This document shows positions 12,625 to 25,630 of a DNA stretch of 64,000 nt, piece by piece; within the stretch, counting starts at the first letter, position 1, and every line of letters begins with the position of its first letter. The notes beneath the pieces are model-generated. The model was not told the DNA's origin, searched no databases, and worked only from the letters and a program-made list of their open reading frames with translations. The DNA comes from the human T2T-CHM13v2.0 reference genome, Homo sapiens. The stretch lies in the NCBI RefSeq assembly GCF_009914755.1, contig NC_060929.1, one strand, 5' to 3'. A program made the translations under genes and the position numbers.

Positions 12625-13112
12625 CCATTGCACCTTGGATGAAGCTTTCAATTCCCTAACATGACCTACAGTAGGCTGATGATCTGCCTTTTCTTGACCT
12701 TTATCTCCTATGCCTTCTCCCTAGTTTCCTAAGCTCCAGCCTCTCTGGTCTTCTTTCACTTCTCCAGCTCAGCATGTCCTCCTCACTCCAGGATCCACAG
12801 GTCCCTTTGTTTGGATGCCCTCCATCTCCTAGTATCCTAATCTGGTAACCATAGTTATTTTCTATTTATTGTTTAAAATCAGTTCAAAATCTGTTTCCCC
12901 GGGGAAGCCTTCTCTGATCTTTACACTGAAGTTAACTTCTCCCGTTACATTTTTCCTCAGCGTCCTGAGTTTTTTATTCACAGCCTTTATCACACTTGTA
13001 GCTTAATTACTGCCTGTACATTAGCTGTAAGTTCTGTGAAAGCAAAGATCGTATTCATCTTCTCTCTCTAACCCAGTGTATTATGCTAAAAAATGGGACG
13101 AATGAATGAATG
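12625..13112 (+). mobile_element. L2 3' fragment
   Basis: gggaagccttctctga...tgtaagttctgtgaaagcaaaga...gaatgaatgaatg tail. Confidence 0.8.
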
Positions 13113-13889
13113 GTACAATCGATAGAGGTTTTTGAAGTTCTGGTCTCTGTTCTATAAACCAGAGTGTTCATCTATTAAATCTTTGAAATAATAAACTCAG
13201 AGACAGGTCTGCTAAGTTTCCTAGTATCTGTTGAGGAGGAAAGAAAACAGGAAATCGGCCTGAGTGGATACATTTGCCAAAAAAAATTCACAGCTGTCAC
13301 AATGTTTCCGCCATCAAAGCAGGGATTAAAAGAACTACAAGGGAAGGGAACCAGTGCCAGCTTCTGGGGAACTTTCGGGACCAAATTTGGTGAAAGATTC
13401 GTGCAGGCTTCCCTGCCTGCACCTGCAGTTGCTTGTAGGCACAAAATGTTTTGCTCAAATAGTTCCACCCACCATTAACCAAATGAATGCTTTGGGGTGC
13501 TATGCTGTATTTAACTCAGAGTCTATCAAATCTTGTGTTTTCTGTGACTTCTGTTTCTCTCAGAATTATTGCTGTCAGGATAGCAATTTGAATGAAGAAA
13601 CTTTTGCAATTTCAGTGAGCCTGAAGATGCCTTTCGATAGTTGGGCGACTACTCTGTCAACTTCAGAGCCAGCAGTGGGGTTTCAGAGAGGAGAGAGCTC
13701 TGGGCTTGTGTTTCAGTTTACTCTTTTTTATTTTTATCTTTTTCTTCTTTCATTCTTTCTCTTGACAAATATTGACTGAGAGCCTAATCTGTGCCAGGAA
13801 CTACATAAAGTGGTCATACTCAATACTCCACTCCCAGGATTTTGAGAAGAGCATGAAATTAGAAATTTGGAAGTGTTTGGTATATATTA

Positions 13890-14365
13890 TATATTCAAAA
13901 TTCTTCTTGATGGCCCCCAAAGTCCTAATTTTTCGGGTCCCTTCCTACATCTCAGACCTAATTTTCTACGATTTTCCCTTCTCCACCTTCTCTATTTTTA
14001 AGACACCCTGGCCTCCTTTCTGACGCTTAAATGTGCCAAATTTGTGCAATTTTCATTCTCTTTTCCAGCGACATACTTTTCCCAGATCTGATACCTCTTG
14101 ACATTCGAGGCTTAGCCCAAAGGTCCCCTTCTCAGAAAGACCTGACCTGAGTGCTCCACACTTACCCATAACTACTCTCTCCTATACCACATTTTGCTTC
14201 TTCATTTCTTTATTACTGCTGAAATCATCCTATTTGTTGACTTTTAAATTATGTTTCCTACTGGAATGTAGGCATCCGGGGGACAAGGACCTTGGCTCTC
14301 TGTTCACTGCCATGGCTCTGGTGCCTCAAACGGGCCTGGTAGACCCCCAGTTCTGCTGAATGAGT
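13890..14365 (+). mobile_element. L2 3' fragment
   Basis: ccccttctcagaaagacct...ctactggaatgtagg...tgttcactgc...gctgaatga. Confidence 0.75.
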
Positions 14366-14659
14366 TTCATTCTTGAAGGACCCCTGGGCCACCCTGTTGA
14401 CATTTCCATGTTGTATGAAGAAATGCATAGAAAACATGCACATGTGAGCTTTCCTCAGATGGAGGTTGGTTTGGGCGTTGCTAATTCAGATGCCTCTAAG
14501 TGTGAAAACTAGGTTGAGGAGAGTGTAACAGTCAAAGGTACAGAGTGATTGTGTGCCCAATAAATACATTTTAAGAAGTTCTACCTCCCTATAATAAAAG
14601 ACACAAATTTTAATAATAATTTTAATAATAATAAGTGGCTTGCTAAGTCACAAATATAT

Positions 14660-14820
14660 GCTTATAGTTTTAGTGATATAAACCCACCCATACCTCCTGG
14701 TGAGAGTTAATTGATTCAGAATTTCTGGATATGTATCAAAACCCTTAATAATGTCCACTGTTTGGTCTAAGGAAACCAAAATGGAAGTTTGCAAAGCTGA
14801 AGTTATAAAGAGGTTTGTCC

Positions 14821-14852
<32 letters not shown>

Positions 14853-15350
14853 TGGTGGGGAGTTAGGGGGCAAGGAAACTCAAAGGTTCTATCTCCTTTG
14901 GCTGAGAATTTAATGAAGTAGACACATCCACGTGATAAAACACAGGTGGGCGGATCACGAGGTCAGGAGATCGAGACCATCCTGGCTAACACGGTGAAAC
15001 CCTGTCTCTACTAAAAATACAAAACAAACAAACAAACAAAACACAGGGCATTCACTAAATCCATGCACCAAGAGAATAATCTTTATTGACTTTGAAAAAT
15101 GTTCATTCTCACATTGTTAAGTTAAAAAAAAAGGCTACAAAATAGTGTATGCCATAGGTCCTATTTTTGCCAAAGAAAAAAAGGTGAATAGTAGTGAATA
15201 GAAAAAAATACTGGGAGAATGCACATTAAAATGTAATAACAGTACTATTTTATGGTGACACTGTGGGGTGATTTCATTTTGCTATTGTTTCCCTGTATTT
15301 GGCAAATTCTTACTTTACACACAGAATGCATATGAAATGAGAAAAAAAAT
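14660..15350 (+). mobile_element. Old L1M(C-E) 3' fragments
   Basis: aaaatgttcattctcacattgttaagttaaaaaaaaaggctacaaaatagtgtat. Confidence 0.6.
14947..15037 (+). mobile_element. Young Alu (Y-type) partial left monomer with TSD
   Basis: gggcggatcacgaggtcaggagatcgagaccatcctggctaacacggtgaaacc...aaaaatac(aaac)n; TSD aaaacacagg at 14937 and 15038. Confidence 0.9.
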
Positions 15351-15599
15351 TACACCAAATTTTTAGGGTGTCTAAAATGACTCCAACGTTTTGTCCATTT
15401 AATAAAACAATTGGTCAAACCACTCTAGACTTTCAGTGCTGTGAAAACCAAAGTATAGTTTGAGTACACCTGTCAGTTTCCAGCCCTTCTTGGTTGTGGT
15501 GAGCAGAGCTCAAGGAAAACAGTAGAATAAGTTGATGATGTCTAATTTACTCATTATCATTGACCCCTTGTAATTTAATTTATATGCTATGCTAAGTGT

Positions 15600-18500
15600 T
15601 TACCTGGGATCTCTGTTGGGCATTGCGGACGCTGGTGTTGGAAGTTGGGGTGCTGGCTTCATGAAGCTTCTGGTCCTGTAGGCGGCTCTGACCCATAAAG
15701 AGGCTGCTACAATCACCTGTACTAAGTGCTGGGACAGAGGAAGTAGAAAGAGTAGAATGAGCTTCAAATGTACAGAATTATTGTGTGCCCAAGAAATATA
15801 GGATACAGAGGAGGGGCTCTCATCTAGCCTGGGAGAACACGGAGGGCTTCCTGGAGGAGGGGACCTGTGGAGTAGCATCAGAAAGACAAATAGGAATTAG
15901 TGGAGAAACAGGATTCTGAGAAAGTGTTCCAGGAAGAAGAATGGCAGGAAAAAGCCCCAGAGGCAAGTCACCCTTGGCTTGTTCAAGGATTTGAAAACAG
16001 TGCTGTATGGTCAGAACTTGGAATATGTGTTTGGGAGTGGTATGAGTTAGGTTGGGGAGGGTAACCTGGGGCCAGGCAAGGTAGGTCTTAAGATCCTTGA
16101 TAAGGACTTGAACTTATCCTAAAAGCAACGAGAAACCATGAAAGAGCCTTACACAGGGGACTGACTTGGCCAGATTTACACTTTAGAAAAATTCTTCAGA
16201 CCACAGCAAGAATTTGGAGGGAGGTCAAGGAGTCTACGAGAAAGATGTTAATGATGTAGGGAATGAGCAGTGGGGTTGAAAAGAGGTGGATGGATTTAAA
16301 AAACATGTAATGGGTAGATGGGATTAGATGGAGAATAAGTATAAAGATGGGGAAAAGATGACCCAAGGAGATGCCAGTTGTTCTGCTTGAGCATCTTGGG
16401 GTGGGTGAGATAGAAATACCTGGAGAGTCACCAGTTTGGAATGAGTTGATGTGCCTGGGTGACCACTGGATAGAGATGCCCAGTAGGCTTTTGAAAAGGC
16501 AGTCTGAAACTCAGGAGAGAGCTGGGATGAAATGCCAACTTTGAAATCAACAGCTTAGACAAAGTATTGAAGCCGTAAGAATGTGCACAACAGGATAGAG
16601 GAAAACATCAAGTCCACAATGAAGAACAGCCAGGCAGCATCCCAAAGAACCTCAACACGTGAAGGCTGGCCCTTGTGAAGAAGAATGAAGTGGAGGGGCA
16701 AAAGAGGGTGACAAACTCTAGGAGTGCGTATTGCTATGGAAGCCAAGGAGAGGAGGATTTCAAAGGCATCACTGTCAACACTGGAAAGGTCAAGGACAGA
16801 AGCAGAAAGGAGCATCTTGGAGTTTAACACTTGTGAGCGAGGTTGTTGGTCCCCATAGTGAGATGAGCCTTTGCAGGTACAAGGGCGCAGATGTTGGGCA
16901 CAGTGGGTCCAGGGAGGAGAGAGGGGTGAGGGAATGAGGATAGGATGGTAAGCACCTTGTTCAAGAACTTTGCTGCATAGGGAAGCTAGGTTACAGCTCA
17001 TGGGAGTTTGGAGAGTTAAAGGGGAATTTTGTTTGTCATCAGGGAGACTTTAAAGATTTAACCCAGATACTGCAGAATCAATAAGAGAGGGAGAGTTAAA
17101 AGTTATAGGAGAGGAGAAAATCCAGAGCACAGGTAAGGGAGGGGTCCCCCTTCACTGTCACAGGAGGGAGGGAGGATGGATACAGATGCGTTAACTTGGC
17201 GGTTCTGGTATCAGAAATTTGCAAGAGTTCCTATGTAAGCTTTCTATTTTTTTTTCCTGTGCAGTAGGAGATGAGGTTATCTGCCTACAGTGAGTGGGAG
17301 GTGGTGGAGTAGGAGATTTGAGAAGTGTGGAGAAATTTGAAATAGATGTTCTAGAGAGTGGGAGACAGAGTACTCAGGAAACAGAGTAGTTTCTGAAAGC
17401 ACTGAGGCTCTGGGTGAGCCTGAAGACCTTGGCTTTGTAGTGGCACCAGTCTGCGAGGTGGTGAGATTTTCTCCCCCAGGTTTTAAGAGCCAGGATGTGA
17501 GCATGAAGAATCCAAACATCAGGGTTGAAGGGAGGTTGGAACATGGCTGGCATAAGTGGCAGAGGCACAGTGGGTTTAGTGAGTTGAGACCATTGGTAAG
17601 AGGGGTGTAAAAGTCATAAATTTTAAGGTCCAAGTTGATGGAGACAGATATAGAACCAGGAGAGAGGGATGAGGAGGAGCTAGTCAAGAAGTGGTGGGAC
17701 TTGGGGCCTCTTTGATGCTGAAGGTCAGATGTGGTGAAAGAAACGAACTGAGAGTCTTGGAAAGATAAGAGATTGTATTCAGAAAGAACAATGCCTGCCC
17801 AAAGAAAGATAAATGTTTGAAATGATGGATATGCCAATGACCCTGATCTGATCACTGTACATTTTATGTATTGAAACATCACTATGTACCCCACAAATAT
17901 GTATAATTATTATATGTCAACTTAGAATAGAAATGCATTTAAAAAATAAAAGAAAGTACCATGCTTAGGTTTAATATTTCCTCAGTGAAAGGGCTTTAGG
18001 TTATGCAGAGCCCAGAGAGTCATCATGGAAATGAATGAATGAAGAGAAGAAGAGGTAAATATCATGGGCAAAGAAGACATCAGAGATATAACCAGAGTGT
18101 CTGATGGGTGGGTGCCCACATGGATAGCGAGGTCACCTTGATACCAGCAGGGCTTGGGGAGAGGAAGGGAGAGGAAGAAGGAGAACCAGGAAGCTGAGTC
18201 TTTAGTGAGGGAGGGGAATGATGGGCAGATAAGTTGAGGATCAGCAGTGAGGAGGGATAAGGGGCTGTGTGAGGCCAGAGGAGCAGGAGTTTCATGTGAG
18301 GTTGAAGAGAAATAATCCAGAAGTGGAAGGTGGTTGAGAAAATGCCCAGCACCATTCGTTCCCCACATGTGAAATGAGGGTAAAGGAGCACTAGCAGTTC
18401 CATTCATGGGGCGGCTGGGAAAGTGGTGCCTTCAGGAGACAGCCAAGGCTCGCCTACAGAGGTAGATGAGGCAGAGATTCAGTGAAGAGGCTGCAGGTAT

Positions 18501-18600
18501 AAAACTGTTGATTTCTGAAAAGAGAATCTCAGAAGGATTTGTGAAACGGAAGACCAATGAAAGTTTGGTTCTGGAAAGAAAAAGCATAGCACAGAATAGA
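15600..18600 (-). mobile_element. Long L2 (about 3 kb) reaching the endonuclease region
   Basis: Apparently continuous L2-like purine-rich text; minus-strand relic peptides EPWLSPEGTTFPAA (18451-18410) and GDLAIHV resemble the APE motifs ETWL and GDFNIHV. Confidence 0.75.
17795..17950 (+). mobile_element. L1MA/PB 3' end inserted in L2
   Basis: gatggatatgccaatgaccctgatctgatca..aaacatcactatgtacccc; degenerate TSD agaaagaacaatgc (17781) / agaaagtaccatgc (17951). Confidence 0.9.
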
Positions 18601-18796
18601 ATGCTGAAAATAGCAACAACAATACTAACAAAACACCAACAGCATCTCATACTCACTTACCAATGTTCTCTCAGCAAGTATTTATCAAACCTGTGTCTTC
18701 TAAGCACAGAGCTTATAGTGGTGCCAAACACAGACAGTGTTCTCCTCCTCTTGGAGCATACCTTCCAGAAAGGAAGGAAGACAAAAAATAGACAAA

Positions 18797-18799
<3 letters not shown>

Positions 18800-18832
<33 letters not shown>
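18800..18832. repeat. (GT)16 microsatellite
   Basis: Direct reading. Confidence 0.98.
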
Positions 18833-18833
<1 letters not shown>

Positions 18834-19164
18834 ATATAGTAATTTCAGTTGAGCTCAGTGCTATGAAGAAAAGTAAAAATAAAGCAAGAAGATAGAGAGT
18901 GAAAGATGCTGATGCTTTAGAAATAAGAGATTCCTTAGGAAAGGACTCTGGAGGTGGGGGTGGTACTCAAACTCAGACCCCAGCAGAGGAAGTGGTAAAA
19001 AAGGTAAATACAAAAGATCGTGGATCCCAGACAGTGAAAACAGTAAGCATAAACTCTTGAAGACAATAAATGCTTGCCATGTTCAGGGAAGAGCAAGGAG
19101 GCTGCTATGGCTGGAAAGCAATAACACAGGGTGGAGGTGAGTAGCAGGAAATGAAGATGAATGT

Positions 19165-19646
19165 GGCTTCCTAAAAAGATCACCAAAACCACCTGTTGAT
19201 AAGATAAAGCTGAGTTTATTCTTACCCACATAAGAAAGGATGCCACCTCAACAGAGTTTTAGTTGTATCTCAGATGGGGAAGGGCAAAATTGGGATATTC
19301 ATGAGATTTTTGAAGTCTTGTTTAAGGCAAATCTTTCAATGAGGGAGCTTAGTTAGGACTGGATAAGAATCATGATGTAATAGTTTAGGTTTGGTGGCTA
19401 CTGCAAGGTGAGAATTTTCAAGTAAAAAAGGGTTCAAAGGGTTTTTCAGGTGTAAACTGATGCTTTCTATTAATGAGTTGATGGGTTTCTCAGGAAGTTT
19501 GTAGAATGAACAATAAAGTGGAAATTTTTACCTTCTTAGGCTAGAGTTTCCTGGATTAGTAAAGCTATGCCAATCAAGAGGCGGAAAGTAAAGTCACATT
19601 AATGTAGACAGGAAGCTGTGGGTGTCTAGATGGTTTCGGTTCTCAG
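19165..19646 (-). mobile_element. ERV-type solo LTR, subfamily not assigned
   Basis: About 480-bp block interrupting the L2; reverse poly(A) signal (gagtttattc) near the left end; ends ggttctca. Confidence 0.55.
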
Positions 19647-19707
19647 AGATTATGTAGAGCTTTGCAGGTCATGGTAAACGTTCTGGATTTTGTTTGAGGT
19701 ATGGAGG

Positions 19708-20060
19708 TATATTCATTAGCTTTTGTTATAAAACACATCACCCCAAAACTTAGTAGCCAAACCAACAACCGATTCTGCATCAACTGATTTAGCTGACTTT
19801 GCAAGTTGGTGACTTAGGCTGGGCTCAGCTGGTTGATTCTTCCGTAGGTTTGACTGGGCTAACTGGTGCATCTGCAGTGAGGTAGATGGCTTTGCTTCTG
19901 GGAGTTTGCTGGATGTCAGTTGTGCAACAGGGGTAACTAGGCCCTACATTTCTCAACTAACTTGTTGGGTCTTGCCCACATGGAGGCTTGGGCTTCTAAG
20001 AGGAGCAAGCTAGGGCAGGTCCTCATGTACAAGCACATTTCAAGTCATTCATGCATCACA
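19708..20060 (-). mobile_element. MLT1 LTR, truncated at the Alu
   Basis: caccccaaaacttagt...gctgggctcagctgg...tgtacaagcacatttcaag. Confidence 0.8.
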
Positions 20061-20196
20061 TTTTTTTCTTTGAGACGGAGTCTCGCTCTGTCGCCCAGGC
20101 TGGAGTGCAGCAGCGTGATCTCAGATCACTGCAAGCTCCGCCTTCCAGGTTCACGCCATTCTCCTGCCTCAGCCTCCCAAGTAGCTGGACTACAGG

Positions 20197-20200
<4 letters not shown>
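20061..20200 (-). mobile_element. AluY right arm only
   Basis: tttgagacggagtctcgctctgtcgcc...gcaagctccgcc..ttcacgccattctcc...ctacaggcacc. Confidence 0.95.
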
Positions 20201-20900
<700 letters not shown>

Positions 20901-20934
20901 AACGACACTCTTTTAAAACAAAACAAACCAAAAC

Positions 20935-21310
20935 AAACATTCATCGTCTGTTTCTGAGGGCTAAGAACACAGGAACAGCTTAGCTAGGGGGAGCCAGCTT
21001 GTGAGTTTGCAGGGAAGCTGCCAGCCAGAGCCGCAGTCTTCTGAAAGTTTCACTGTGCTGGAGAATCCACTCCCAGCCTCACTCACATGGCTGCTGACAG
21101 GAGGCTTCCTGTCCTCACCACATGGGCCACTCACAACATGGCAGCTTGCTTCCCAGGGCGAGTGATAACGTCTGGCACCTGGGCAGGAGCGGCTGGATGC
21201 CTGGGCTCAGCACGGCTTCTGTCTTTCCCTGTATCATCTCAGGGCCTCTCCCTCTCTGTCTGATGCCTCCATGTGGCTTATCCATGTGGTCTCTCAAGCA
21301 GCGGAGCTAC
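20935..21310 (-). mobile_element. MLT1 LTR fragment
   Basis: gctggagaatccactcccagcctcactcacatggctg...ctcacaacatggcagcttgcttcc. Confidence 0.7.
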
Positions 21311-21550
21311 CTGATGGTGCAAGGCTGCAGATCGCTGAGCAATTTCTGGTGCCTCCCACCTGGAGGACTCGCCTCTCAGCAGCGCCAGTTACCTTTCCAT
21401 GTAGTTTGCTGCTTGTCTGGACTGGCAGAACAGGGCTATTTTATCGTTGTAAGCTCAACATATATAGCTCCAGTATTGGCACACACAAAACATCCCTACC
21501 TTCCCTGCCCTGAGTGGCAGCTGACTCACAGAAGTGCCCATCATGTACCA

Positions 21551-21822
21551 CAGCAGTCCCTAACCTTTTTGGCACTAGGGACCAGCTTCGTGGAAGACAA
21601 TTTTTCCACGGACCTGAGGGAGAAAGATGGTTTTGAGATGATTCAAGCGCGTTGCATTTATCGTTAGAGTCTCATGAGCAGCGCACAACCTAGACCTCTT
21701 GCATGCGCAGTTCACATAGATCCTGTAAGAATCTAATGTCGCCACTGATCTGACAGGAGGCGGAGCTCGGCTTCACTACTCACCACCACTCACCTCCAGC
21801 TGTGCGGCTCACTGGGGGACCC
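21551..21822. mobile_element. MER1B (hAT-Charlie MITE)
   Basis: cagcagtccctaacctttttggcactagggaccagcttcgtggaagacaatttttccacggac...ggggaccc. Confidence 0.9.
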
Positions 21823-21825
21823 CAA

Positions 21826-22300
21826 TGTACCACACTATAACAAAGTTTTTATCAATGTCATCTTGATCCAGTTTCGAGGACCTGGCTGGAAGACAATCAG
21901 TTTCCCCTCTTAAACAACTGGTTATGTCCATACCCCAACCACTTCCCTTAACAGGCTTTAGGACAATGTGCACCTGCTCTGATCTTCCCCGGTCCAGGTA
22001 CCAGACAACCAGGCACAGCCACTCTGTCCCAAAGCCCACTGAAAATTGCTCACACTAGCCAATTCTGAGCCTACTTACCATGCCTCACGGGTTCCTTTCT
22101 GAGGGTAAAGGTACTTGCCCACAGATCCCCTCTCTTTGCCTGCTTTGTGACCGACTCTGGTGCTTCCCCCAGCAGCGCTGCATGGTGAGATGCGTTCCTC
22201 CTAGGGAATTGTGAGTAAGAAACCTGTAAAACTCTCTCTGGTTTTTCTCCTTTGATCTTTGGCCTCTTCACACCTTACCCAAGGTAATATGGTTAAAACA
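21826..22300 (+). mobile_element. ERVL solo LTR (MER54/MER73-like)
   Basis: tgtacc...ggttaaaaca (TG..CA termini, about 475 bp), text resembling this LTR group. Confidence 0.6.
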
Positions 22301-22327
22301 CACACGTTGTCTATGTTCTCTGAATGT

Positions 22328-22650
22328 GTGCATTAGATAGGGTAATGATAACTGCTGTCACCAATCAACCACAATCTCAGTGGCTTGATACAACAGAAAG
22401 TTACTTCTTCCTCCGTGTGCCTAATTGGGAGGGAGCTTTCCTTCACAAGACGTTTCAGGGACCAAAGCTTTCATCTTGTCATTCTGCCACCCCTCAGGGC
22501 TTTGGAATTGTATTCCGGGTCCTCTGGGGCAGGCTGGGAAGTGTCATGCAGTCATTTTTACTCACATTCTACTGGCCTGAACTCGGTCACATGGCCACAC
22601 CTAAGTGTCAGGGGCTAAGAAATGTAGTCTAGCTGAGTGTCCAGGAAAAA
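22328..22650 (-). mobile_element. Old MLT1 (K-like)
   Basis: aatctcagtggcttgatacaac...ctactggcctgaactcggtcacatggccacacctaa. Confidence 0.75.
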
Positions 22651-22699
22651 ATGGGAAGAAGTATTATAAGGTTATTCATAAACTCATTAATATGTGATA

Positions 22700-22860
22700 T
22701 AATTTAATCTTTATCAATATGTCTTTGAAATAGATACTATTATTTATCCATATTTTATGACAAGGAAAACAGGCTCAGAGAGGTTAAGTAATTTTCCCAA
22801 AGACACACAGCTTGTAAAGGAAGCTTGGATTTGACATCAAGTAGTCTGGCCCTCGATTTT
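22700..22860 (-). mobile_element. MIR
   Basis: ggaaaacaggctcagagaggttaagtaattttcccaaagacacacagct. Confidence 0.85.
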
Positions 22861-23024
22861 ACTCATTGAAAAACATTGCTGAAAGTCATTGCACTGAAAT
22901 TTTATTCTCTGTGGTGAGAATCAAACTGAAGTACCAAGCTCAGAGATATAAATTCTACTGTACCTTCTAAGCAGGGTCACAACCTCTCATCACTCCAAAA
23001 GAAGCTACTCACATATCATCTATA

Positions 23025-23086
23025 TAAATGTTGCTCCCTGGAATTGTGCAGTGCACAGCCTGTGAGACCTTACAAAGCAGCCCTGG
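23025..23086. mobile_element. MER91-like fragment
   Basis: ctggaattgtgcagtgcacagcctgtg...gcagccctg. Confidence 0.55.
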
Positions 23087-25451
23087 TCCTAAGTGCCAGG
23101 TAAATTTAACAAACATTTCTTATACATCTACTATTTGTCAAGCTCCAGGCTAGGTACATTCACACAAATTATATCATAGCAGGCACTCTCTAAATATGTG
23201 TTTGATCAACTGGCTCTGTATCAGCAGAGCTTGTTGTCATGGAATTTTCTGGTCAGCCACATTCTGCCCCAATGGGAAAGGGCCTTGCTCTTTTGAAAAC
23301 TTGCCATCTCTTTGGAACCAGTCAAATTCCTTTCCGTGCCCACATCTGTATTCTTGCTTCCACTCCAGGCTGGAACAAAGGCAAATTCACTCCACATCTC
23401 AGTCTCACTGAGCACGCTACGCACAAAAGAAGTTGACAATGCCACTTTGCCACTTTTCCCTCTTCTGTTTGGATAATTGCATTGTCAAGAATTACTTATC
23501 ATACATTTAACACCTAATACCTATTTATTATGAATTCATGTAACTGCTATTTAAAGAATAATCCGTGCTAACTCCCTTCTACACCATTTGATGCCACTCT
23601 GATTCTGTAATTGCTGGTTTCTGCGATATTATGCCACAAAACCTGAAAGCATAATTGGTTGTTTCATTCCAGACAATACGTTTTCAAGATGCTTAAAGCT
23701 TAACTGGCAGCTTTGAAGCCCCAGCAAAGGCAGTCGGGCAAGCTCGCTTGCGGCAGGACGGTCTTGCAGAGTAATTTATGCAGAAACCATACAGGACTAC
23801 AGAGGGTGAAATTGTTCCAAAAAAATGAAAGGGAGGGGGTACATGATTCTTTTGTGCAGATCCTTTGTTTTAAGTTTTCAGCTTCTGGCAGTGCTTTTTG
23901 CTGGGGAAAATCAACTCCCAATACAAGAAGAGGGTAAAGCAGCCATGTGAAGAATGCGCATGTCTCTCAGAACTCTCAGTGAGTTCTGGAGCACAAGAAA
24001 AATTGAGGTTCATGGCCCTTCCCTCAGAGAATTAGTGGGGTCCACAAGTTGGCCTCTGCAGCTCTGCCTTCCCCCAGCCTGCCTCTAACTCTCTTAAGTC
24101 TCCTTTCTGGAAAGTTCCTTATGCTCATTTGCTCCAAGATCCTTGCTCCTTATTCCCATCAAGTAATGATGATGCTTTTTAAAACCAAGGTCTTGGAGCC
24201 TCATACATGTGCTACCCTAAAACTCACTCAATTAACTGCCTATCTCCTCCCTCTCCCTCCCTCGCTCCCTTTCTCCCTCCCCTATTGACTTCTGTTCTGT
24301 GATTATCCACCAAAGCACATAGTCTCCTCGAGGGAACAGGTAGAGGAAAAGAAGACCACGAGAGTATGATAAGACCTATGCTAGAGGGAGGCTGGGTCCC
24401 AGCATGACTCTGGCCCCTGGGCCCACAGAGCTGTGCAGACCAGCTCAGAGACATAGCTATACGTTGGCTGACCTCAGTCTAAGGATGTCTCCGACCAGTG
24501 TCACATAAGAACACAAGTCCTGCAGGCTGGGGTGGCCTTAGGCTGAATCAAACTCTGCCAGGGTTTCGCTCCACTGGAGAGGGGTTTTGATTTTCTTTGT
24601 TGGGCGGGGAGGGGGTGGGGGGGTGAGAGTTTCATTCTGCTTATCAACTAATCAATCAATCAGAAATTACATATTAAACGTCTGTGCCAGGCCCCGTGAC
24701 AGATGCTGAGAGAGGCACAAAGGATCTTTACTTAATCTCCTGGAATTCATGTCCTGGATACAGATAAAAAGTATGTGCATCATAGTTTTCTCATCTGCAA
24801 AATGGTGAATAAAATGGCTTCTTCTTTATAGGTGGGTTAAATAAGGGAATGAGTACAAAATGCAAAGCATAATGCCTTCTAAATAGAGAAGACACAATCA
24901 ATGTCAGCACTTCTTCTTCTTATTCAGTGGAAAATACAGCTAACCACAGTGGGGAAAACCACAGGAATTGCCACAGGGCCACAGAGGAGGAGAGAGCCCT
25001 GACTGGGAATTTGTCAAGGCTTCATGCAGGAGACCAAACCCACCCAGCTAGGGGCTGCCCTCAGGGCGAGGCTCAGGGTGAGAGTTTCCAGGCCAGAAGG
25101 GCCTCAGCAGGCAGTGAGCTGTGGAAGGGAGAGGAGACTGGTGACCAGGGCCCGGAGCCAGGTTCAGGGCTAGAGAGACTGGGAAAAGGCTGAAACTGGC
25201 CTTCCAGGCTACAAAGGATTTGGGAGAATGAGGCTCAAATGGGGGGCTGAGGCAATCTGGGGGCCACATCTGTAAATATTTAAGCTTAGACTGAGAGTAC
25301 CTTTTCCCTGGAGAAGTTGTATGAGATGAGAATAGAATTTTAAAGGACCTCAGCCAAACTGGAGAATTCCCCCGCCACCCCCACTTTTTTTCCAGATCTT
25401 GTCAACTTAGAATAAATGAAGCAGATTTATTATGCTGGAGTTATTATTTAT

Positions 25452-25630
25452 TTATGCTGGAGTTAGTTAAGACTTAGGGGGACTGTTGGAAGGGCATGAT
25501 TGTGTTTTGAAACATGAGGACATGAGATTTGGGAGGGGCCAGGGCAGAACAATACGGTTTGACTCTGTCCCCACCCAAATCTCGTCTTGAATTGGGTTTC
25601 CCATAACCTGTGTCATGGGAGGGACCTGGG
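25452..25630 (+). mobile_element. THE1/MST internal 3' end plus start of LTR (orphan fragment)
   Basis: gttaagacttagggggactgttggaagggcatgattg...gggaggggccagggcagaa (PPT), then tacggtttgactctgtccccacccaaatctc. Confidence 0.85.

Larger units (their letters stand above)
18665..19705 (-). mobile_element. L2 3' portion interrupted by a (TG)n repeat and an LTR
   Basis: cagcaagtatttatcaaacctgtgt...agcaaggaggctgctatggctgga...gcaggtcatggtaaa. Confidence 0.75.

Noticed and set aside
14821-14849. Isolated A29 tract (and T tract at about 34926) as a processed pseudogene tail
   Set aside because: No upstream mRNA-like body and no convincing TSD.
17277-17894. Longest ORF (205 aa)
   Set aside because: Starts in an L1 3' UTR fragment and continues in decayed L2; not a host gene.
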